Positions 22,613 through 33,200 of a DNA stretch of 35,594 nt are shown in pieces. The position numbers and the translations under genes were made by a program. Position 1 is the first letter of the stretch. Every line of letters begins with the position of its first letter. The notes beneath the pieces were generated by a model, which worked only from the letters and a program-made list of their open reading frames with translations, searched no databases and was not told the DNA's origin. This stretch comes from Cladosporium halotolerans (taxonomy: Eukaryota), in NCBI RefSeq assembly GCF_011745625.1, contig NW_027191525.1:1-35594 (forward strand), in the 5' to 3' direction.

Positions 22613-23009
22613 ATGCTGAGTGTACAACAACAAATCAGATGGATATCTGAGAGACTGGACGCAAAATGTTGGGAGGTTTCCAAGCTCCAGATCGAGGTGA
22701 ATAGGCTCCGGGCGGAGCTTCGTGAGCGGGCGTCTGACTTGAAGACTGTTTCTCGAGTGGGTGGATGTGTCTATGCTGTGAGAGCAAGCGTGGCCTGTAC
22801 CAACCCGGGCCTTGGAGGAGTCTACTGGCGAGAGGCGGATGAGGCATCGTGCCCCGAGGCAGGCACCGGCTGTGCCTGGAACGAGACAGTCTCCGCTCGC
22901 ACTACGTAGCTCTACACCTGTATATCATACAAGCATAAGTGCCACACCTAAACGACGAATGGGAACAGTCCCTGGCGCCGCCAATAAACGAAGGATTCTG
23001 GAGATGTAG
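22613..23009 (+). CDS. Possible small coiled-coil protein (splicing unresolved)
   Basis: MLSVQQQIRWISERLDAKCWEVSKLQIEVNRLRAELRERASDLK shows a heptad pattern. A GTGGGT donor follows, but I could not fix the acceptor. Confidence 0.3.
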
Positions 23010-23529
23010 GATGTCGTGCTGATGGTGGCGTAAGACATACGAGATGTATTCGGTGACTGAGGGCGTACATCGCTCATGGTCCAAACATGGTTGTGCAACG
23101 CAATCGACGATACTACCTGAAGCCATGCTATATTAGGTAGGAACGATCGTGAGAAGATAGTGGCCTAGCCTTCCCGGCGGTCGATCCACGCGTTCACACG
23201 CACAGTATCGACATCGAGCCAGCGGTTGCTACGATCCCAATCTGTCGGGCACACATGCTAATTGATGGCACTCAACGAGCCCTGAGGATAAGCGGACTCC
23301 ATCCATTTGCAGGTGATCGGACGGTAGGTCGACATGTCACGTAATCTCGGTTGCAGGACTATGCAAGTCACTGCATCCTGCACAATGGGGCTGAGACATG
23401 GACGCGAAGTAGCAGTACGTCGATTTTGTCAACGGCCTCGGTCTCGATGGGAGGACATATATGACGGCGGCCGTGTCTGGGAGGAAAGGCTACAGATGCG
23501 ACTTGCGGTGCACCCACCACAGATGTATC

Positions 23530-24917
23530 ATGTATCACTTCGAAGACAAACGTTCCGGCCCAGTGGCAGCCGACAAGGCTCAGGTGTTGCCATTGGTCTT
23601 CGCAATTGTTACGTTCATCTGCTCGCTTTCAGTCACGATTATCCACGCCATTGTCAGGAGGAAAGCCAAAGAATGGAAGGAGTGGAATCGGAGTGACAAA
23701 TTAATTCGTAAGACTCCTTTGCCTTTGCGGCTCTACATATACTGACACGGGAAACAGCGATCGCATTTGTGAGCTCAGCAGCGAGTGACAATGATACCAT
23801 TAGCTGACAGTCGCGCAGTTGGCGGCGGTGCCATTCTGGACCCTACTTTTCATCGGGATATCACACGGCCTCGGGACAGATATCAGCAGTGCTGACGATG
23901 GCGCGAGCAGGATGGTCGCGCAGGTCAGGCAAAAACATACCTTGTCGAGTCCGACGTCGCTGACCGTCACGCAGATGTTTTCATGGTATCAAGTTCCACG
24001 ACTTGTTTGCATGGGATTGACGAAGTGTTCCGCCGCATATTTCATTCGTGACCTGAAAGGGCACATTCGGGGTTGGAAGATAGCAAGCTTGGCGAGCTTC
24101 TTCACAATGGCATTGTGGACAGCGGGAGCGCCGTTGGTCGCGGTGATCGAATGCACATCTGACGATGCAAACGTCATATTAGTGTGTCCCACGATGGTGA
24201 GCACAGCTTCGACTAAGCAGCAAGAAATAGCGAACACGACGTTAACGGCAGTATAGGTGCCTCGATGGAGGGCAATCATAATCTCGAGCGTGTGTCTCGA
24301 GGTGTGGTTGGTTGGGCTCGGCAGCTCCGTCCCTTGGACGACGGAGAAGTTACCACAAAACGACAGGTTGAAAGTGTCGGCGTTGTTCCTTTGCAGGCTA
24401 ATGTGAGTTTCGAGAGACGAAAAACATATCCTGGGCGCCACTGATGGAGGACAGAGTGCCAGTATTCGAGATTTGCCGCTACTTCGCCTTCGCAGCATTC
24501 CTGGAGCACGGGAGACCTAGCTTTGGTCTTGCACCAACGATAGTCTGGGACTGTATTCTGGTGTCGGCTTCCGTCTTCACGGTGGCTTTGCCGGCAACCA
24601 AGCAGATGCTCAAGGGAAAGCTTCGATCGGCGGATGGAGGGAAGCATTGGCAGAGCGATGCAACGCGCGATCAGCAGCAATCGCCACGGGAGTTGGAGGC
24701 GCAAGTGCCAGCGCGCCAAACACAGGGGGAACTTTCGATATACCCGTCGTCACAGACTGCAGAAGATACACCACCAGCATCTCGGCCTCGGCCGTCGTCG
24801 TCCTCAGGACCTGGCTTGGATGAAATAACGTTACACGATGACTACCGCCTGCACGGAATGCCACCATACGCGTCGACTGACCGGATCCTCGGACCTCAGA
24901 GCAAACAAGCAACTTAG
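23530..24917 (+). CDS. PTH11-like / fungal rhodopsin-domain integral membrane protein, ~374 aa; exons 23530-23707, 23758-23768, 23819-23923, 23975-24196, 24257-24402, 24455-24917
   Basis: Five introns with GT donors, branch sites and YAG acceptors give one continuous frame (1125 nt). About 7 hydrophobic segments, family-like motifs (W...D.LI, HGLG, LTKCS..YFI, LFLCRL, VALP) and an S/P-rich cytoplasmic tail; no CFEM domain. Confidence 0.8.
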
Positions 24918-25627
24918 AACTAGAGCTTTCTCCTCTTGAAAACTAGCTGTAATATTATTTCAAATTTATACATGTTGTTGGTCTCACCCCGAATCAGAGG
25001 AGTGCTCCCAGCCGACTTGATCACCCCACCCCAACGTTCATATAGTTCTAAGTTAGTTGTAAGGTCAGATGACGCGCCATTCTCCAAGCAGCCGCGGACA
25101 CTACCCATGGCACGGGAAATGTGTGGAGGCTCGCCAACTTGCCGCTACAACACATTCCACTCCTGTTGACATCGTGCATTGGGAGACTTGATCGTGATTC
25201 CTTCTCGGGCAACGATGGGGGAATTGCCAAGCCGCTTCATCGGAAGTTCTCATCCGGGTTGATGAGGATCGTCTAGAGAGTCTGGAAGGTCTGCGAGTCT
25301 GGAAGTGTGGTGGGTGTGGATTTGGTGCGCCGGGTCGACTCCAAATAGAGTCCCCTTCCCAACCTCGCTTGCAGGTCACCACCTCTAGATTCGGATACCG
25401 CAGATGAGCAAGTACCTCAACAACCTCGGGAGCTCGCGGCGCCGATGTTCTTTGTCTGTGAGCAACCTTCCATTCGTGAAGAAGGGGTCATGGCTCTTGT
25501 GTCTACCGTACCTGCCGACATAAACATGTGCTGATGGCCTTTTCGAAGGTGCCAAAACCCGTTATCGTTTCACCATCCGCTACCAGCCTGCTCCGAAGGC
25601 TCGAACCTCCCGATCTCTTGAATCAGT

Positions 25628-26215
25628 ATGGATGCCACCTTGGATCTCGTGACTAAAGTGGTCTACCAGGAGGGCGTGGGACTGTCGATCAAGCATGGGG
25701 ACGATGTGACGATGAGTTACAGTGGAATATGGTTCAGCGCCGAGAGTGAAACCTCTGGTGTACAGTAAGCTGCGTGGAAAAAGGCGTCTTAGACCATTTC
25801 ATCTGCTAACGAAGCAAAGGTTCTTTCCTACCTACGGGGAATCCCGTATCTCATTTTGCGTTGGCGACCCGCAGGAAAGTCCATGCAAGGGTAAGCTTTC
25901 TGGTCTGGACAGAGTGCTCTTATCTTCTGACTTACTAATGACGTCGTAGAGCTTGAAGCTTTGCTTTGCGAATGTGAAGGAGGAATGAAAGAAGGTGAAA
26001 TCTCGGGGTTCACCATGCCACAGTAAGTTCTATGAATACGCTTGAAGAAGACCGCTGACTCCATGCAAGTTCCAACGCCAATTTGTTTGGCTACGAAGTC
26101 CCAGGAGATGCGGATGTCAGGTGGTAAGCTCACAGCTCAGTATGAACCCGATTTGAGACTGACTGCGCTTGGCGTTAGGTTCATATGTGTCACAAGCATA
26201 ACCAGATGCGAGTAG
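25628..26215 (+). CDS. Divergent FKBP12-like (FKBP-fold PPIase) protein, 123 aa; exons 25628-25764, 25820-25890, 25950-26022, 26070-26123, 26179-26215
   Basis: Four GTAAG introns with CTAAC/CTAAT/CTGAC branch sites give MDATLDLVTKVVYQEGVGLSIKHGDDVTMSYSGIWFSAESETSGVQFFPTYGESRISFCVGDPQESPCKELEALLCECEGGMKEGEISGFTMPHSNANLFGYEVPGDADVRWFICVTSITRCE*. This is collinear with FKBP12 (VTK....EG.G, GD.VT..Y.G, QF, F.VG, GMK.GE, VP, final beta strand). Confidence 0.8.
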
Positions 26216-27042
26216 GATGTAAGTTCGCGGACAGAGGTTGCATCTCAAGGATGTTGAGACTACGCGGCGGTGTCTGTCATCCGTAAATAATAAGCCATCG
26301 CTTTCGTGACAACACAAAACTGTCCCTCGCAAAGACCAGGGATAGTAGCCCGTCAATACATATACAATGTATTATAAGGACATCCATTTGGACAGCGGAT
26401 CTTTTGATTGGCCTTGTCTGATCATTTTCGACTGTCACTCCAGTATGCGTCCGTCCAAGCGTTGTTAGAAGTTGTTCAGTCGTCCAAAATGAGCTGTGGC
26501 GCTTACGCCCCTGTAAGTCATAGGTCGGACAAGGGTTTAGGCAATTCCAACAATGGCTTGAATTGACAACGATCTTTGGGCAAGCAATGCATGAGAGAAG
26601 ACGATGCTCAAGATTAGGGCTGGGAAGCTTCTCGGGCCATTACGAGGCCGGCAGGGGTGGCTTCAGTAGAAGATTAGCTATATTGGGCGAAGGATTGCTT
26701 CCTGACCAAGCACTTGGACCTATCGAGATAGGTCTAGCGACGTATGTCTGAATCACTAAGGTGAGCCGGGTCAACAGCGACAAGAGGCTGACTCGGTAAC
26801 TGGCCGCACTAATCAATGGCACCGCCATCGTTGCCAGTTTCGTCGTGTGTCCGGTCTGCCATCGACGTCGCGACGCAACGACCATCTTCGGATGGTGGCT
26901 TGACAATTAGGGCTGACTGAGAGTGGCGTGGCGTCATCTGGCCTTTCTTGTCAGCCTACCGGTTCGCTCCCCTCGTCATGCAAGTTGCCTTTCCTTTAAA
27001 TCCATGGTGACCGCCCTTGGTTCGCATCCTGCAAGGACAACA

Positions 27043-28035
27043 ATGCAGGCGTCCATTCCAGTCTTAAATGACAACCAATACTTCCCTTCACCATGGTGGA
27101 CGTGGCAGCAGGGATACGAGCTTCGGCACGTACCCACAATGCGACTCAATGCTTCTAACATCGAAAGCTTTCCGGCTGCGACTCAAGACTTCGGATCCGT
27201 TCACAGACTGCCACCCCCTCAGGAGCTATCCGCACAACCGCATCCACAAGGGAAAGCTTCGAGGAGGTTGCCAAAGCTCTTACCCGCATCGGCAAAGCTT
27301 TCCGTCGCCACGTCCACGCCAATAGTCGTCAGCTGCCTTGGGGACAAGTGGTTGGCAAAGTTGCTCAAGCGATTGAAGAAGATCCGCCGGCGCGATGACA
27401 AAGTAACGGAACATCGCACCATCTTAGCGGACCTACTTGGTGGTAGCGAAGCCATCTGGATTTTGGCCTCGATCATGCTCCCAGCGGTTCCGGATGTAGA
27501 GCCGCTGGAGCACTCAGACCTATCGGTTGAAGCGCCTACGGAAAGCCGAGTCATCCACATCAGAGGGAAGGTGCTATATGTTGATCTGGTAGAGTGCCAG
27601 GAAGTGTGTTTCAAGTTGACGGATGAGACAATCGAGGCCCTCTTGGACTATCATGACGAAGTTCACTGCGCGAACCTCAGGGCGAACGGAATTGACTGCA
27701 ACGATCTTGAGAGACGCATCGAAGTGGCCAAGAATGAATACCATCGAGCGATTCATGCATTCATCTTTCGCACAAAGAAACAGTGTTTCCAGGAAATTCA
27801 AGATGATGGTTCAGGCGAGCTCGGTTTCGGACGTCCCATGAAGGCCAAGACATCGATCATGGCACTCTTCAAGGCTATACCGGAGATTTTGGCACCCCCA
27901 ATAGACATTAACACGTCATTACCGGTATCGGAGGCATACAGTTATCCAAGATCATGGATGTCTGCCGACGGAGAAGGTGCGAATCTTGATAGATCTTGGC
28001 CAAGACTGATGAACGAATGGTATGGTTTGGGATAG
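27043..28035 (+). CDS. Fungal hypothetical protein, ~330 aa
   Basis: Long intronless ORF. The globular block WLAKLLKRLKK...AIWILASIML...IHIRGKVLYVDLV...VCFKLTDETIEALLDYH...DDGSGEL resembles, from memory, an uncharacterised family conserved in filamentous ascomycetes. Start at MQASIP is inferred. Confidence 0.72.
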   Translation: MQASIPVLNDNQYFPSPWWTWQQGYELRHVPTMRLNASNIESFPAATQDFGSVHRLPPPQELSAQPHPQGKASRRLPKLLPASAKLSVATSTPIVVSCLGDKWLAKLLKRLKKIRRRDDKVTEHRTILADLLGGSEAIWILASIMLPAVPDVEPLEHSDLSVEAPTESRVIHIRGKVLYVDLVECQEVCFKLTDETIEALLDYHDEVHCANLRANGIDCNDLERRIEVAKNEYHRAIHAFIFRTKKQCFQEIQDDGSGELGFGRPMKAKTSIMALFKAIPEILAPPIDINTSLPVSEAYSYPRSWMSADGEGANLDRSWPRLMNEWYGLG

Positions 28036-28542
28036 TTGATCCCAGGAGGATTTGTAGATATATCTGGTGGATGAGTATGTAAACCTCGATTAAGCATCAT
28101 ATTCAGTTCCTCGTGTCGTTCGATTGCCTGCTTGACTTGTGGTGTGATGTTGTGTGCATCACGAACGATTTTGATTCATTCTACCTGCAGTCGATCTAGA
28201 ACTAACTTATCTGCGTCATATCTCCAGTAGCGTAACATACTCCAGAAATCCAAATCTTCACTCTAGACTTGGGAATGACGATCGATAGGCCCGGCCGTAA
28301 TACATTATGGTCGTCGAGGGCGCAGTCGCATCTGCGAACCCGCGCGTTCCTGGCAAAGCCTAGAACTAGCGAGCTGAAGTGGGGCGGAGCGCGAGAGACA
28401 AATGTGTATAAGTCGGTGAAGTCTCCATCACAGCCTTCGCTCAAGATTTTGACATTTGTGCCAAGTATTCTTCGCACCAATACATTTACTTACCGTTTAA
28501 GCCTTCAACTCTTGCTACCTGCGAATCTTGCTACCTGGAGTA

Positions 28543-29449
28543 ATGGCGCATCTCGCATCTAGCCCGCCTGCCGCCAGAATCTCGATGAACGGTACCGTTT
28601 ATCCACACTGGTACAACGTTGACGAATACGCTTTTCAGCCAGCGCAGAGTGCGGGCATAACACAAGACTCTCCTACAATTGCAGAGACCTCGCCACGGAG
28701 ACTGAGTGATTCACCATTCCAACTCTCAAGTCCGGTACCTGCAACACGCCGAGCAAGCCGCAACAAGGCCCTCGGCTTGGATTCCAATTCAGACCCCCCG
28801 GCGACAAAGGAGCCACGACAGCGTGGGACCAAAGTTTGCGCGCGATGCAAAAAGAGCAAGATCAAATGTATCTTGGGAGATGGGGATTCGTGTCTAAGAT
28901 GCGATTGCATGGGTGTTCGATGTTATCTACCCGCAGCTCGCCGACCTCGGGAGAAAGAGCTGACGAGGAGGTCCGGCAAGGCTCCAAGGGAAAAGTGCGT
29001 CTTTGCAAGTATGAGGGGAACACACCTACTGACATATGACCAGGATGATCACAGCCCTCCGACTAGAGGTTTCAAACTTGAAAGAAGAGCTGTGTAAGAC
29101 GACAGAAGCATTGGAGGCGACACGTCTCGAGAACGCAAGGCTCACGGCCGAGGCTCAAAACGATCGTGAGTAATTCCAACATGCCCTGGTCGTGAATAGT
29201 AGGACCGCTTCAGAGGGCAAGCACTGCACACCGGTCAAACAAGATGGCGATCCGATGTTCTCTCCGAGCACTGCAACCGTGTCGTTCTACGGCTTGGAAC
29301 GGGGCATCCAGGCTTACAACGGGCTCCAAATTGGTGTACAACAACAGCGCTTCTACGGATACGACTCATCCAGACATGGGTACCAGATTGATCAGGCTGC
29401 CACACATGATGCTCAAGTGCAGGGAGCACACAGTGTGCCCAGCTATTAG
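28543..29449 (+). CDS. Small Zn(II)2Cys6 transcription factor with coiled coil; exons 28543-28994, 29044-29165, (29214-29449 uncertain; alternatively stops at 29173)
   Basis: CARCKKSKIKCILGDGDSCLRCDCMGVRC fits CX2CX6CX7CX2CX6C. Intron 28995-29043 (GTGCGT..CTGAC..CAG) leads into the heptad ITALRLEVSNLKEELCKTTEALEATRLENARL. The second intron (GTGAGT at 29166, CAG at 29213) lacks a clear branch site. Confidence 0.8.
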
Positions 29450-30105
29450 TAGTAACGTGAACCAGCACCTGATGGGCTGTCGCTCTGGAGACGTCGGACG
29501 GGATGAGACCAGCAGTATCCTGGAGAGACGCTTTCGAATACGTAGAAGGCGGAAATGGCATTCTGATCCTCCTCCGCCAATCAAAGACTATCCACTGGCG
29601 GTCGAGCTGGAATGATGTGGGTCAATAGTGGAAGAGCAGCTGCAACCTGTATTGAACTGATCGGACCAGTGTTGGAGCCGGTGGCACCGGACCGTAGCTT
29701 TCGTGATGCTAGTACGTTACACGTATAACGCTGCTGTGGATGAATCGAGAGGTCTTTTCTGACCACTCTGGTCGTAGCTCATGAACGAACAATACGCGTG
29801 TTGCAGATCGAAGCATAAAGGCAACACGTTCCGCACACAAACCCCAGCCCAGCCACTGTAGGTCTTCCAATATTAGCAACTGAACGCAGAGCCAATAGTG
29901 TCGTGAGCAGAAAAGGTTCTGGGGCTTGGAAAAGTCTCGATGCTGCAAGTGAGCAAAGACGGACAAATGCTGCCATTGCCGGACCCATGCACGGTGGACG
30001 CCGCCACCACGTCGGAAGGTGCGATCCGGTAGGCCATCTACAGGGGCCGGACCCCACGCCATGCTTCGTTGACGGCTTGTGGATAGGCCTCGTATTTGTG
30101 GGTTC

Positions 30106-30251
30106 TGTTGGAAGGCCTGTTGGAGGGAAAGTGTGAGAGGAGTTGTGTATTCTCCTATCCACTGCAGTAAAGACTGTAAATATGTAGCCCTCCTGAAACT
30201 GTGGCTTGTCGCAGAAGCAAGGCTGCCTCAGGAAGGGACTGCATTCCAACA
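30106..30251 (-). repeat. 3' LTR of copia element
   Basis: 146 bp, identical by eye to 34376-34521; 8-bp terminal inverted repeat. Confidence 0.97.
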
Positions 30252-30260
30252 CTCCCCCTC
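30252..30260 (-). other. Polypurine tract GAGGGGGAG
   Basis: Abuts the 3' LTR and overlaps the Gag-Pol stop codon. Confidence 0.85.
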
Positions 30261-33200
30261 AGGACCTGTCCTGACAATCCTTTTCATCTGGCCTAAGACC
30301 CGCCTGAGTCCTATCCAGGAATTTCCTGAACGCCTTGGCTGGCAATGCCTTCGTCAGGCAATCCGCGAGCATATCCTCGCTCCCGACAAACTCAAGCTGG
30401 ACCCGCTTCCGTCCGACCTCCTGTCGAACGAAGTGGTACTGTATGTCAATGTGCTTGGTCCTCGTATGGAACTCTGGATTCTTTGCCAATGCCATCGCTC
30501 CCTGATTGTCAGCCAAGATCCTTGTCGGCTCCGCATCTGGAACCCCGAGCTCCGTGAGCAGCAGCCGGAGCCAGACAGCCTCTTTCGTTGCCTGCGTCAA
30601 CGCTATGTACTCGGCTTCACAGCTCGACAGCGCAACCGTGGCTTGTCTCTTCGAACACCAGCTGATGGGTCCTCCGCCCATCATGAAGATGTATCCCGAC
30701 GTTGACCTTCTCGTCGCGTGGTCACCTCCCCAGTCGGCATCGGAGTACCCTGTGAGCTTAGCACTGCCGCCCCCCAAGGTGACCCCCCGGCTCGCTGTGC
30801 CGCGGAGGTAACGCATGATGCGCTTCACAGCTTTCCAGTGACTGTCGCTCGGACTCTGCGCGAAACGACTGACCATAGAAACTGCAAACGCGATATCGGG
30901 CCTGGTCGCGGTCATCAGATACATCAATGACCCCACGGCAGACTGATACCGCACGACCTCCATCGGCGTCGCCGTCTCGGTTAACTGCTTCTCCAGCGGT
31001 GCTCCCCCTGTCTCCATAGGGGTGGCTGCTGGCTTAGCATCGTCCATGCCGAACTCTTTGAGGACCTTTCCGACGTATCCTGTCTGCGTTAGAGTGATCG
31101 TTCCCGCGACTCGGTCTCTCGTCACGACCATGCCCAGGTAATGCCCGACGGGTCCCAAGTCTGTCATTGAGAATCTCCGATGCAGCGCACCCTTCAGATC
31201 CTGAATCGCACGCCGGTCTTTCCCGACGATCAACAGGTCGTCGACGTACACAACCACCACCAAGCCCCGCATACCCCTCTGGGTAACGAAGACGCTATGA
31301 TCGGCTTCGGTCCTAGAAAACCCTCGCGACTCCAGGAAGACCCGAAGTGTCTCATACCACATCCTGGGAGCTTGCTTAAGTCCGTAGAGCCCCTTGTTCA
31401 ATCGACAAACCTTGCCGTCCTGTGCATATCCTGTCGGCATCTTCACGTAGATCGTCTCCTCGATTTTCCCGTGCAAGAAAGCGGTCTTGACGTCCATTTG
31501 CTCTATCTCCAGGTCGTTGACAGCCGCAAGCGCGAAGATGGGTCGGAATGACGCCGGCTTGACAACAGCTGCAAAGACTTCATCGTAGTCGATGCCTTCC
31601 CGCTGTTCAAAGCCTCTCACCACCCATCTGCCCTTGTGGCGCTTGATCTCCCCCTCAGGTCCTCGTTTGAGCCTGTAGACCCACTTACCGCTCAAGACCT
31701 TTTGTCCAGGAGGCAGATCAACTACGTCCCACGTCTGGTTCTCAGCATGAGAGAGCATCTCATCGTCCATGGCATCTCGCCAAAGACTTTCTTCGGGCCC
31801 TTCGATGGCCTCTGCGTACGTCTTCGGTTCGATAGTATCGTTCGCCGCAAGCACGTTCGCATATCTCTGTGGAAGTCTCACAGATCGTCCTGATCTGGTC
31901 TTGCCCTTCCCTGGCTCCGGAAGATCCAACTCACGGGCCTCCTCGGGCGCCTGTGTCTGATCATCCTGCCCGGAGACTCGCCCCTCCGCATGCGCCGGTT
32001 CTCGTCCATCGTCCTGGTCGGAACGCTCGCGGCGCTCACTCTCTTCAGGTGGACTTTCCGCGCATCGTGGGGACTCTGTCGCAGCTTCAGACGGCTGCTC
32101 TGTCTCCCCTTGCCAGATCACATCTGGCGGGTCGACCGTCGGGAGTCTATCGATGCCTTCGTCGAATGTCACATCTTTAGCCCTCGCGACCTTCTTGGTC
32201 TTTGGGTTCCACACCCGAAAGATGGAATCTCCCTCGTACCCGACCAGCCGGCACTTCGATGCTCGGCTGTCGAACTTCGCCGACTGAAGGCGCCGTGCCT
32301 TGGGTAGTAGCGTATAGGCCACGCTCCCTACCATCCGAAGGTGCCCCAAGCTGGGCTTCGCGCCGACAAAGGCCTCGTACGGGGTCTTTCCAATCGCTTT
32401 GCTCGGACTTCTGTTTCGCAGATAGTTCGAGGTCATCACAAGCTCTGGCCACAGAGACTTGTCCAGGCCACTGTCAGCTATCATAGCCCTGGCCTTGTCC
32501 GTGTTCGTCCTCTGGGTTCTCTCCGCCAAGCCGTTTTGCTCTGGCGAGTAAGGCACCGAAGGTTCCCACTGGATGCCCTTCTCTGCCATCCAGGACTTCA
32601 GCGGACCGTTGTCATATTCTTTGCCGTTGTCAGATCGAATTCTCTTGATCCTGACACCGCGCTGTGCGAGACACCACTCGTAGAAGTCCCTCAGCTTTGA
32701 CGCCAGCTGTGACTTCTCCTTGAGTACGTACACCCTCGACAGACGTGTGTGGTCGTCCACAAAACTAACGTAGTATCGTGATCCGTCGTACCCCATCGGT
32801 GTGATCGGGCCCACGATATCGCTGTGGATCAACTCGAAGACTTCCTTCGCTTTGCAGCCGGTGCTGCTCACGTAAGTCTTCTGCGACTTGCTGAGCGAGC
32901 ATGCTTCGCAGCTCGAAGTCTGCACCCTCGTATCTGTCAGTTCCAACCCCTCGCTTAACGCAGCGAGTCGTTTCACAGAATCGTAGCCCAGGTGGCCCAA
33001 TCGCTTGTGCCATACTTCCAGCGACGTCGGACGAAGTGCAGTAGCCGCAATCACTGTCCTCGTCTCCGGCACCCGTAGCATGAACAGCCCGCCCTCCGGC
33101 GGTGCGTGTCCAAGAGTCACGCCCTTCTGTCGGATCAGGTAGGTCTTCATGTCGAACGTCGCATTGCCCATCGACATTCTGCAGCCCGAGATGAAATTGG

